From: a virus
Virus record (IMG/VR): IMGVR_UViG_3300021356_000002
Reading direction: 5' to 3' (one strand)
Length of the DNA: 64,000 bases
A program made the translations under genes and the position numbers. Position 1 is the stretch's first letter; each line of letters starts with the position of its first letter. Under the pieces are notes generated by a model that saw only the letters and a list, made by a program, of their open reading frames with translations, was not told the DNA's origin and searched no databases. Positions 9,522-19,400 of this stretch are shown piece after piece.

Positions 9522-9978
9522 CTTTGTCTCCATAATAGCCCAATTCTTTCGCAATCAAAACTGCACATAGCGCATTCATTTCCACTGCACTTTGCGCTCG
9601 ACGGATTTTGCCACGTAATATACGATCTTCAGAATTTTTAATTTGCTCAATTTCAAAAGCCTGAAGTTTGAGATTAAAAAGTTGCTCTAGTTCAGCAGTC
9701 TTTTTCTTTTGCTCGTGATGTGCGCGTTTTTCTCTGTTCTCGCGCTCTTTTCGCTCTTTGCGTTCAGCGGTATTTTCGTCGATCTTTACGACACCAACTT
9801 TGTCAACCACTTCTTTATAATGAGGGCATTCAGAACCGTCCGGACGAATCTTGCGAAACTCCATTACGTCTTTTTTCTTACCCTTTTGACCTTCAAGCGT
9901 AGTTAGCCTAATACATTTTAGAACTGAGCGATCCTCCGTTTCCCAAAATGCATTATCTAAGTACTCATACTTTGCCAT
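9502..9978 (-). CDS. Hypothetical charged protein directly downstream of the giant fibre gene
   Basis: 158-aa ORF with GGAG SD and a coiled-coil-like centre. Confidence 0.75.
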   Translation of the reverse strand: MAKYEYLDNAFWETEDRSVLKCIRLTTLEGQKGKKKDVMEFRKIRPDGSECPHYKEVVDKVGVVKIDENTAERKERKERENREKRAHHEQKKKTAELEQLFNLKLQAFEIEQIKNSEDRILRGKIRRAQSAVEMNALCAVLIAKELGYYGDKDDAGAN

Positions 9979-9993
9979 AATTTACTCCATATT

Positions 9994-12900
9994 TTAAGCA
10001 ACACGTACGTATAATGTATATGTCTCAATTGTTACCGGTGTTGATGTTAATTTAGCGTCATCCAAATATGCTTCTGCAATGTTAACTACCAAGTTGTAAT
10101 CAGATTCGTAACTAGAACCTTCGTATGGTGAACCGCCATAAACTTCTAAGTCGCCTGTGCCTTCAAACGCACCTATGTATTCTTCAGCATCATCGCCAGT
10201 AATATAAGTGCTGTAGTCTTGAGTCGATTCGAAATCGGAAGAGTAAGTCTCTACATATGCATCACCAGTATAACTGACTTCAATGTTTCTTGTATAGTCT
10301 AATGATATGTAGTCAACCGAAAACTCTTGGGAATACGATTGTTCAGTGTAGTTTGAAAGATACTCGCCAACATAATCTCCTGGTGCACCTTCATAGTCGG
10401 GCGTATAGTCACCAGTATAAACTGTTTCGTATGTCGGAGTATAGTTACCGATATATGCAGTAACATAAACGTCTTGTGCTATGTAGTCTTCAAGGTAATC
10501 AGACTCATAATCTTGTACATATGTTTCAACAAAATCACCAGTGTAGTCAACTTCATAATTGCCTGTGTACGTTACGATAAAGTCGCCTGTATACTGTCCT
10601 TCAAAATTAGAAAGGTAATCGCCTGAGTAATTCGCTTGATAGTTACCAGTGTAATCAGACAAGTAATCGCCAGTATACTGACCTTCAAATATTGATACAA
10701 AATCGCCTGTATACACAGATTGATAGTTACCGATATATGCTTTTACGTAATCGCCAACATATTGACCTTGGAAAATCTGTAAGAAGTCCCCAGTGTAAAT
10801 TGCGACATAATCGCCAGTATAGTCAGACTGATAATTGCCAGTATACTGACCTTCAAAGTCTTGTACGAAGTCTGCTTCATAAGTTTCTAAGAAGTTGCCA
10901 GTGTAGTTTACGTTAAAGTCGCCGACATACTGTCCTTCAAACGTAGCAAGAAAGTCGCCTGTATAGCCTGATGTATAATCGCCTGTGTACGTAGTTTCAT
11001 AGTTTCCTTCGTATTGGCCCGCAAACCCTTGCAAGAAATCGCCAGAGTAAACCGCAGTAAAATCACCAGTGTAGTCTTGCAAGAAGTTTCCAACATACTG
11101 ACCTTCAAACGTGGCAGTGAAGTTACCTTGATAATTTGATACGTAGTTACCAGAGTATTGTGCCTGAGCATATGTCGAAATATAATCACCAGTATAGATG
11201 TTGGTAAAGTCACCCGTGTAAACTTGAGTAAAGTCACCGCCATATACTTGATCAGCATAATTTCCTATGTAGTCACCAGTATATCGAGAAATATAATCGC
11301 CTTGATAATTACCAGTATATTGAACAGCAAAATTGCCAGTATAGTTCGATATGTAATCACCAGTATACTGTTGCGAAACAAAGTTGGCTGTAAAGTCGCC
11401 AGTGTAATCAGAGATATAATCGCCAGTATATGTTGTGACGAAGTTACCAGTGTAGTTTGCTTGAACGTATACTGTAGTATATGTGCCAGTATATGTTGCT
11501 AAAAAATCACCAACATATTGACCCTGGAAAGTCTGAGTAAAGTTTGACTGATACTGAGTGTTAAAATCAGCATTGTATGTCTGTAAGAAATCACCGACGT
11601 ACTGCCCTTGGAATGTGGCTGTGAAACTAGAAACATAGTTGCTGAGATAATTACCAGTATACTGTGCCGCAAAGTTACCAACATATTGTCCCTGGAACGT
11701 AGCAAGAAAATCACCAACATAGTTTCCAGTATAAGCCGCCGTAAAATCGCCAGCATATTGTGAGATATAGTTACCAGTGTATGGTGCAGTAAAGTTGCCG
11801 ACATATTGACCCTGGAAAGTCTGAGTAAAGTCGCCAGTATATTGTTGAGTAAACGTTGCGACATAACCTGATACGTAGTTACCTTGATACTGACCTTGGA
11901 AAGTCTGTAAGAAGTCGCCAACATACTGACCTTGGAACGTACCCAAGAAGTCTCCCACGTAATTCGATACGTAGTTACCCACATAGTTCGCATCAACAAA
12001 GGTCGCTAAGAAATTGCCTTGATAGGTTCCAGTGTAGTTACCCGTATATGTTCTTAAAAAGTTACCTGAGTAGTTTGCATCAACGAACGTCTGAGTGAAG
12101 TTGCCCGTGTATCGTGACACATAGTCTCCCGAGTAACTTGCAGTAAAGTTACCCGTATAGTTTGCATCAACGAACGTCTGGGTAAACGAACTGGTATACG
12201 ATTGATTAATTGTTCTTGTATACTGACCAGTATAGTTACCAGTATAGTTCGCATCAACGAATGTTATGTTGACAGCAGAAACGTAACTACCAACGTACGA
12301 CTGTTGAATCGAGCCAACATAGGTTTGCTGAATCGAGCCAACATATGTTCCTGTATAAGTGCCGCCGCCACCAGTATATCCGCCAGTGTATGTTAATCCA
12401 GTTAAAAGGAATCTTCTTCGAACTTCATAATATCGATAGGTCCCGCTGAAGCTGCCAGTGCCGAATCGGAAATTACCTCTATCATATTCATAGCCTCCTC
12501 GAACAACCGGAGTTGTCAATCCAGGTTCGGTCAGTGCGTAAATGGTGCTAGCCCAACGAAGCTGGTTATTACTTTCTATTCCGCTATTTCGAGGCTGAAA
12601 AGTCCGCCAGTAATATTGAGGAGAACTAAAAGTGAAGAAATACGCTGAATAGGCACCTGGACCAACGTAGCCGCCTTGATAAGAGGTTGCGGCACTTGCA
12701 TAACCACCAAGATAGTTTCCGACATATGTGCCAGTGTAGTTACCGACATATGTGCCTGTGTAAGTCCCTTGATAATTTGCAGAAAACGAACCCGTATACT
12801 GCCCTTGGAACGTAGCGGCAAATGAACCTGTATAACTTTGGTTGATTGTTCTTGTATACTGACCAGTATAGTTACCAACATACTGTCCCTGGAATGTGGC

Positions 12901-15900
12901 TAAGAAGTCGCCCAAATAAGCCTGAATAAAGTTGCCATCATAGTTGGCTAAGAAATCACCAACGTACTGACCCTGGAATGTTCCTAAGAAGTCACCAGTA
13001 TATCGAGCAACAAAGCTACCAGCGTATCCAGATACGTAATCGCCTTGATACTGACCTTGGAACGTAGCAGTAAAGTCGCCTGAGTAAGTTGCTAAAAAGT
13101 TACCAGTATAGTTCGCGTCAACGAACGTCTGTAAGAAGTTGCCTGTATAGTTCGCTTGTGCGTAATTCGAAATGTAATCACCAGCATATGTTACGTTACG
13201 ACCTCCAGTATATTGAGCCGTAAAGTTGCCCACATAGTTCGCATCAACGAACGTTGTAACAAAGTCACCGGTATAACGGGCAAGAAAATCGCCAGAATAT
13301 TGTGCGAGGAAGTTACCAGTGTAAGCCGCACGAATATAATCCGAAGCATAATTACCAGTGTAGTTTGCATCAACGAATGTAGTTAGAAAATCGCCTTGAT
13401 AGTTTGCGGTAAAGTCGCCAGTGTAAGTAGCGGCAAAGTTACCAGTATAGTTGGCTTGCACATAAAGCGAAACGTAGTTACCAGTATATGCCTGCAAGAA
13501 ATTACTCTCGTATTGCGAGATGTAATCGCCTGTATAGTTAGCAGAAATAAATGTGTTTACAAAGTTACCAGTGTACGGCTCTTCGTAAACAGTAACGTAC
13601 TGCCCTTGGAATGTCTGAACAAAATCACCGACATAATTCGAAGTGTAGTTACCAGCGTACGTCGAAAGATAGTTACCAGTGTACTGACCTTCAAACGCTT
13701 GAGTGAAGTTGCCTGAATAAGTAACTAAGAAGTCACCAGTATAGGTAGCTGTGACGTAATTTGATACGTAGTTACCGTCATAGTTGACTTGATAATTGCC
13801 CTGATACTGACCCTCGAAGCCTTGAATGAAATTACCAGTATAATTCTGCGTAAAGTTACCAGTGTATTGAGACTGATAGTTACCTTGATACTGTCCTTCG
13901 AACGTTGCAATAAAGTCGCCAGAATAACTTACAATGAAGTCACCGGTGTATTGTGCTTGAGCGTAGTTTTGTGTAAAGTCGCCAGAGTATTGAGACTGAT
14001 AATTTCCTGTATAGTCAGAAATATAGTTACCGGTGTAAGTCTGTTGCTCATAGGTACCAATATAATCGCCAGAATAGTCTGACTGATAGTTACCCTGATA
14101 TTGAGACTGATAGTTACCAGTGTACTGCGCTTGAGCATAAGTCTCAGTGAAATTGCCAGTATAGATGTCAGTAAAGTCACCGGTATACTGTTCTATGAAA
14201 TTACCACCGTAGACTAGCTGAATATAAGTTTCTAAGAAGTCGCCTGTATAGGGCACTTGATATTCAGAAGCGTATTGTGACTGGTAATTACCAGTATAAT
14301 TTTCTTGTGCGTAAGTGACTGTGTAAGACGTTGAATATGCCTGAAGAAAATCACCCGTATAGGGCTGAGTAAAGTTACCAGCATACTCTGTCTGAATATA
14401 GTTGACAGTAAAATTGCCTTCGTAATTTTCTGTGTAGTCACCAGTGTACACATCGATGTAATTGCCAGTATAGACATCATCGATATAATTCTCTGTAAAG
14501 TTACCGCTGTAGTCGATAACATAATCACCGACATATAGCTCAGTGAAGTTACCTGTATATTCTTCTTCAACATAAGCGGCAACGTAGTTACCAGTGTAGA
14601 TAACTGGCGCATCACCATACAATTCAGCATAGTCTGCGGCATACACTTCAAGCGTATCATCCGCTTCGTAGATAGTTGTATACTGCTCTTCGACTGTAAG
14701 ACCAGAATAGTTAGGAATATATTCTCCTTCGTAACCGCTCTCATAGGATTGTGCGTACGTAAGAAGATAATCACCTATGTAACTTTGTGCGTAGTCGCCG
14801 CTAAACGTACCAATGTACGTAGCCTCATAATCACCAGTATAGGAAGATGAATACGTAGCACCGTATTCGCCAACATAGTTCGATTCATATGTGTCTACGT
14901 AATTTCCGATATAGTCAGGAACATAAGACCCTTGATACTGTGAAGTGTAATTGACATCATACGAATCAACTGAGACATAAGCAGTCTCAGATTCGTATGT
15001 CAAGTTGGTATCAATCGCAGAACCACGTGCTTCCCAAGTTCCCGGAGCAGTCGGTGGACCATCAGCAGAAGATCGAAGTTGATATTTACCAATGCCAGTG
15101 TCTTGAATGACTTGCTTCATTCGCTCGCCGAAGGTCATCTCAACTTCAGCATCACCAAGATGCTTGATTCCTTCAAACTTGTTAGTCACTGCTTGACGTA
15201 AAGGCGAAATGGGCTTAACTACTGCTGGAACAGTTGAGTCTGTCTTAACCCAGATAGAATATGTTACAAGAGATCCATCGCCTCGAGTGTCTTCGAATAC
15301 GTCTGCGATAAACTCTGACCACTGTGCGCCTGGAGATACTGTAGCAAGTCGATACTGACCAGGATAATCGTTCGAAAATATTTTTAAAAGAAGTCGTTGT
15401 ACTACAACGTCGAGTTCTGCATCGCTCATTTCTTTCAAGCCAGCAGGCGTTGCAGTTCTATCCCAGTAAAGTGGATTCTTTTTCAGATCACTGTCGTTGT
15501 CAATTATTGCTACAGCCGTATCGTTCTGATATAACTCATACAGAGTGGCAGAAGTAGTTGGCTTCAACTGTGGCTCTACACGCACAGAGGTTAGTACCTC
15601 AGCATCGCTCGCACCAGCAACACTATTTTGCAGATCAGTAGTAGAACCGTTGATAGTAAAGTTGATTACGCCATCGTCAGTGATGGGAACAGTCCACGTG
15701 ACTTCATAAGAGCCAGTGAGATTGCCATCAGGATAATTTTCCCACGAAACAGAACGACCGTTTGAAGTTGTGTGAGTCGCAGTAGGCGTTGTCGATGTTG
15801 TAATCGTGCCTATTGCCGCAGAACCCGAAATACCCAACTGATATTCGATTTCTTCAAATCCAACACCAGTATTTGTTGCGGTGCCTTGGAGCGTTAGTTC

Positions 15901-16230
15901 AATGGTGTCGCCAACATAGACAACACTAGGCAATGGCGTATAAGAACCAATGGTAACTGTATGCGTTGATCCTGCTGGATCAGATGCGTGAGTAATCGTA
16001 AATGTTCGACTAGTCGTAGTGCCAGGAATAGGACCTATACCAGATGTATAAAAAGTGTCTTCAAACGTGCCAACAAGTTCGGCTGCCGCGTTCGTAGAGA
16101 GCGCAGACAAATCACTTGTTGTCATTTTACTTAAATGAACACCCGCTCGATAAGCCAGATAATCTTCTTCAGAAGTCAGTAGCTCTTTGAACGCACCTTC
16201 ATTTAAGTGTTTGAGAGGACGATAAGACAT
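9994..16230 (-). CDS. Giant (2078 aa) repeat fibre protein with central non-repetitive tip domain
   Basis: ~410-aa N-terminal domain, ~770-aa Y/F-x-G-x arm, ~90-aa unique domain (12395-12660), second ~770-aa arm; late promoter upstream. Confidence 0.8.
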   Translation of the reverse strand: MSYRPLKHLNEGAFKELLTSEEDYLAYRAGVHLSKMTTSDLSALSTNAAAELVGTFEDTFYTSGIGPIPGTTTSRTFTITHASDPAGSTHTVTIGSYTPLPSVVYVGDTIELTLQGTATNTGVGFEEIEYQLGISGSAAIGTITTSTTPTATHTTSNGRSVSWENYPDGNLTGSYEVTWTVPITDDGVINFTINGSTTDLQNSVAGASDAEVLTSVRVEPQLKPTTSATLYELYQNDTAVAIIDNDSDLKKNPLYWDRTATPAGLKEMSDAELDVVVQRLLLKIFSNDYPGQYRLATVSPGAQWSEFIADVFEDTRGDGSLVTYSIWVKTDSTVPAVVKPISPLRQAVTNKFEGIKHLGDAEVEMTFGERMKQVIQDTGIGKYQLRSSADGPPTAPGTWEARGSAIDTNLTYESETAYVSVDSYDVNYTSQYQGSYVPDYIGNYVDTYESNYVGEYGATYSSSYTGDYEATYIGTFSGDYAQSYIGDYLLTYAQSYESGYEGEYIPNYSGLTVEEQYTTIYEADDTLEVYAADYAELYGDAPVIYTGNYVAAYVEEEYTGNFTELYVGDYVIDYSGNFTENYIDDVYTGNYIDVYTGDYTENYEGNFTVNYIQTEYAGNFTQPYTGDFLQAYSTSYTVTYAQENYTGNYQSQYASEYQVPYTGDFLETYIQLVYGGNFIEQYTGDFTDIYTGNFTETYAQAQYTGNYQSQYQGNYQSDYSGDYIGTYEQQTYTGNYISDYTGNYQSQYSGDFTQNYAQAQYTGDFIVSYSGDFIATFEGQYQGNYQSQYTGNFTQNYTGNFIQGFEGQYQGNYQVNYDGNYVSNYVTATYTGDFLVTYSGNFTQAFEGQYTGNYLSTYAGNYTSNYVGDFVQTFQGQYVTVYEEPYTGNFVNTFISANYTGDYISQYESNFLQAYTGNYVSLYVQANYTGNFAATYTGDFTANYQGDFLTTFVDANYTGNYASDYIRAAYTGNFLAQYSGDFLARYTGDFVTTFVDANYVGNFTAQYTGGRNVTYAGDYISNYAQANYTGNFLQTFVDANYTGNFLATYSGDFTATFQGQYQGDYVSGYAGSFVARYTGDFLGTFQGQYVGDFLANYDGNFIQAYLGDFLATFQGQYVGNYTGQYTRTINQSYTGSFAATFQGQYTGSFSANYQGTYTGTYVGNYTGTYVGNYLGGYASAATSYQGGYVGPGAYSAYFFTFSSPQYYWRTFQPRNSGIESNNQLRWASTIYALTEPGLTTPVVRGGYEYDRGNFRFGTGSFSGTYRYYEVRRRFLLTGLTYTGGYTGGGGTYTGTYVGSIQQTYVGSIQQSYVGSYVSAVNITFVDANYTGNYTGQYTRTINQSYTSSFTQTFVDANYTGNFTASYSGDYVSRYTGNFTQTFVDANYSGNFLRTYTGNYTGTYQGNFLATFVDANYVGNYVSNYVGDFLGTFQGQYVGDFLQTFQGQYQGNYVSGYVATFTQQYTGDFTQTFQGQYVGNFTAPYTGNYISQYAGDFTAAYTGNYVGDFLATFQGQYVGNFAAQYTGNYLSNYVSSFTATFQGQYVGDFLQTYNADFNTQYQSNFTQTFQGQYVGDFLATYTGTYTTVYVQANYTGNFVTTYTGDYISDYTGDFTANFVSQQYTGDYISNYTGNFAVQYTGNYQGDYISRYTGDYIGNYADQVYGGDFTQVYTGDFTNIYTGDYISTYAQAQYSGNYVSNYQGNFTATFEGQYVGNFLQDYTGDFTAVYSGDFLQGFAGQYEGNYETTYTGDYTSGYTGDFLATFEGQYVGDFNVNYTGNFLETYEADFVQDFEGQYTGNYQSDYTGDYVAIYTGDFLQIFQGQYVGDYVKAYIGNYQSVYTGDFVSIFEGQYTGDYLSDYTGNYQANYSGDYLSNFEGQYTGDFIVTYTGNYEVDYTGDFVETYVQDYESDYLEDYIAQDVYVTAYIGNYTPTYETVYTGDYTPDYEGAPGDYVGEYLSNYTEQSYSQEFSVDYISLDYTRNIEVSYTGDAYVETYSSDFESTQDYSTYITGDDAEEYIGAFEGTGDLEVYGGSPYEGSSYESDYNLVVNIAEAYLDDAKLTSTPVTIETYTLYVRVA
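10090..14990 (-). repeat. Coding tetrapeptide-period repeat (YTGN/YTGD/FxxT) in two arms
   Basis: Aromatic residue every 4th position, punctuated by FQGQ/FEGQ units and 5-residue FVDAN/YAQAN units. Confidence 0.95.
12209..12877. repeat. 33-bp perfect direct repeat flanking the fibre tip (12209-12241 and 12845-12877)
   Basis: attgttcttgtatactgaccagtatagttacca at both positions; copies 636 nt (212 codons) apart, in frame. Confidence 0.9.
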
Positions 16231-16262
16231 TAATTTTCCGACAGCACAAAAACAATTATTCT

Positions 16263-16496
16263 TTATTTATAAGATTTGTGGATCAAGTGATTCAGCATAC
16301 TTTTTATTTCATCCAGATCCTTTTCGATAGTCTCTACCTTTTGTTCAAGTGATTGTTTTTGGGCTTTTTCAAGTTTACGGAGGCGTTTGCGCTCTCTGGC
16401 TTGTTCGATCTCCTCAGCATTGGTGTTAATCAATGCGTTGGTTTTCATGTCACGAACTAAGCCAGAGTGCCCCTTGACAGGTACATATCTGCTCAT
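16263..16496 (-). CDS. Conserved small T4-like phage protein
   Basis: VKGHSGLVRD..TNALINTN plus C-terminal coiled coil. Confidence 0.7.
   Translation of the reverse strand: MSRYVPVKGHSGLVRDMKTNALINTNAEEIEQARERKRLRKLEKAQKQSLEQKVETIEKDLDEIKSMLNHLIHKSYK
16264..16271 (-). promoter_or_regulatory. T4-type late promoter TATAAATA
   Basis: Exact match ~34 nt upstream of the fibre ATG (16230). Confidence 0.85.
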
Positions 16497-19400
16497 TATA
16501 CTGCCAGATATCTGTATCTCAGATTCTTAATTGATGGTGCTCTGTCTCCACCAATAAACACGAACTTAAACTGTGCTTGCTGAAAAGGCTTCAGATCACC
16601 ACCGAGACCACCTGGTAGCCACTGAGCATCACGATAAACTTGAGAATTGTCAAACGGAATATTGTCAACAGGTTCTTGATATATCCAGTACTTATCGTTG
16701 ATGTTTTCATCACCGCCAGCAGTTCTGAAATACATTTGGATATCAGCGTCATTAGGAATGTTTACTAATCCTCTGACTTCTATACCCACAGCGTCCAAAT
16801 CGAGGAATACAGGAGTTGTAATATGTTTCGAACCCGTTGTTCCTGAAGTAGGACTTGTTTCGTCTACAGGCAGAATTGCAGGCGTGACAGATGGATCGTC
16901 AAGCTTGAATCCAGCGAGCGTAATAGAAGCCCTCTGCATGTCAACAATTGGAGAAACATAGTCATTGGCAGTCTTCATGTCAAGCTTTACGTAAACTGAA
17001 GCAACACCAGCACCCAGATTTGCTTCTTCTGCCGCTAAGTTGTAGATCGCTTTTGGTGTATCAAAATCAATGTTTTGCATCAAAGTGATTCTAGAATAAT
17101 CAGCGTCTTGAGTCCATCTCTGAGCCTTAGTGATGCGTGTACTCGACAACATCTTGCCTTCTGTCCACTTAGCACCAGCATCGATTGATGTAAAGTTTGG
17201 TACTACAGTTTCAACCGTAGGCATTGCTGTGTTGAAAATTGCATTTCGTCTTGATAGTGTCCAGTGACTAGAACCAAGTCCAGAAGACGTTTCTACTGGA
17301 TGGGCAGCGTCATATGTGAACGAATAACCGTTAACGTCAGCAGAGTCAACCGTGTGTGCGCCTTCAATATAACTTATAATATCAGAACTGCTAGTAAAGA
17401 CACCAGAACCATCAATTCTATCTGCAAATCCACCAGGACCGATTCCAGAAGTTGCAACACTATCGAGACGACAGAGATCGCCAGGCTCTAGACCATGATT
17501 AGCATGATGAATGTAAATCTTTCTAGAACCAGCAAACGTCTGAATGTTGGGTTTATTCGCTTCTTTTGTAGGATCAACTTCGCCAATCAACTTCGGAGGT
17601 AACGGCACATTCTTAAGAATTAGACTACCGCCACCAAGATCGAACTTCGCACGATTTAGTTTGTACATCAAATCTTGATCTTTTGCTTCGATCCAAGACA
17701 AGCCGTTTTGAGGCAAGTAAAGAGAGCCTGGAGCATTTTGCGTAGATGTAATACGTGACGTAGATCCAAACACAGGCAGTAACGTCTTCGAACTAAACAG
17801 TTCATATTCGGTTGACTGAGAAGTAACTACAATCGCATATGATGTCCAAGGCTTCAGATATACTGGCTCATCAAATGTAAACGTTGTTGGTCGTGCTTGA
17901 ATAACCGAAAGCACTGGATCTGTACCAACTACTTGTACATCACTTGCTTTCAAAACAACTTGCGAATCAGGAACAATCTCATTGTGCGCAGGCTTGCCAT
18001 TGATTACAGGACGTAAGTGGATTTGTACTGGTAGATTACCAGCGTCTTTTGCTCTGAAGTAGAGTTGCAAACTTGTCAGTGTAACACCGAACTGATTGTC
18101 AACAAAGAAGGTCTGAGCCATAGGATTCTGTGGCGCAGTCAACACATTCGTTTCTGTTCCTGCAAACTGATTCTGATCTACATCGATGTAATCAGAAAGA
18201 ATCTGCGACATCTGACCATTCGCGTCAAGTCCTGTTAGAGCGGCACCAGATAGCGCGGCAGTGGCAGGTCCATACAAGCCAGAGAATCTAGGATCCACGA
18301 GATTTACAGCAGAAGACCGTATCTGATCCAGTGTATCTCTAAGTTCTTTTGGACTGTAAATCTGTGCCCAGTGAACCCAATACGACAACGGCCACCAGTA
18401 ACCCCAAGGTCTTGAAGTGATCATATTGTGCCAGTGATGCCAAATCGCACCAACTGCGGCATAATATGCAAAGCACTTACTATCAGCGTTGCCCCAATCA
18501 TTACGTGACGTGTCAAGCAATTTAAATTCGCGAATACCTGTTTTAAAGCAAATGTTCGGAGAGTTTGCTTGTGTTTCTCGATCGGTCGCTCTAGTATTCC
18601 AACGCCTCGCAGTGTTCGGAATCCAAAGAGAACCAATGATTTCTCCGTTAGCGTCAGAAATTAGATCAGTAGAGCCATCGGGATGTTCAGTCTGCCAGTA
18701 CGGGTCTTGTGGATCTGTTTGATCAGTTCGATCAGACCATCGTAAAAATGCTGGCTCTTCACGCACAAAACTAGCCATGTTGTCGCCGTCAAAGAAAGCG
18801 TAGTGTTTGGTGTTTGGCTTAAGACCCTTTGCGTGAAAGAAAATCTTTCTGGAACGCAACCAAGGAATCAACGCAACGTCGATGATACGATTACCAACAG
18901 CTTGTCGTAGTGTTTCAGATGGAACAACGCGAGAAACGAATCGACCTCCAAATCGCGTAAACGAACTTCTGCCAGAGAAGTAACGTTCTCTTAACTCGAC
19001 CAATCTACGGCGACGAATTCCAATAATTGACGTTTCTCTTTCGTAGTATGGATTCCATTGTTCAAGGTCTTCAGCACTTCTGCCTGCCCAGTTCCATACC
19101 CAGTTGTTCCACAGATATGCTTGTCTACGGTCGAGACGACCTTGACCAGGCACTGCTCGATCAGCACGAGCTGGATCTTTCCATTCATCACTCGTGGGTG
19201 AAAGCTTTAGTGTTCCCACGTTATCGACCAAGCCAAATGGATTGATTTTAACTGAAGTAGACGCAAGGTCTTGAACCGCCCATGCTTCTGAGTCATGAGT
19301 CAGATAAACATTGTCACCTTTCTTTACAATGCCACTAGACTGTGTGTTATCAACAACCAAACGAATGTTGTTTTCGTCGAACATAGGACGAATCAGTTTG

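Noticed and set aside
12395-12660. Fibre tip as a diversity-generating retroelement target
   Set aside because: No reverse transcriptase and no template repeat differing at adenines is visible in the window
10090-14990. Highly repetitive DNA that could be taken for a CRISPR array or satellite
   Set aside because: Repeats are degenerate at third codon positions, have no constant repeat-spacer structure and lie in one open frame; they are protein-level repeats
9994-16230. Ice-nucleation or RTX-type repeat protein
   Set aside because: Lacks AGYGSTxT octamers and GGxGxD nonamers; the periodicity is 4 with mirror-arranged interruptions
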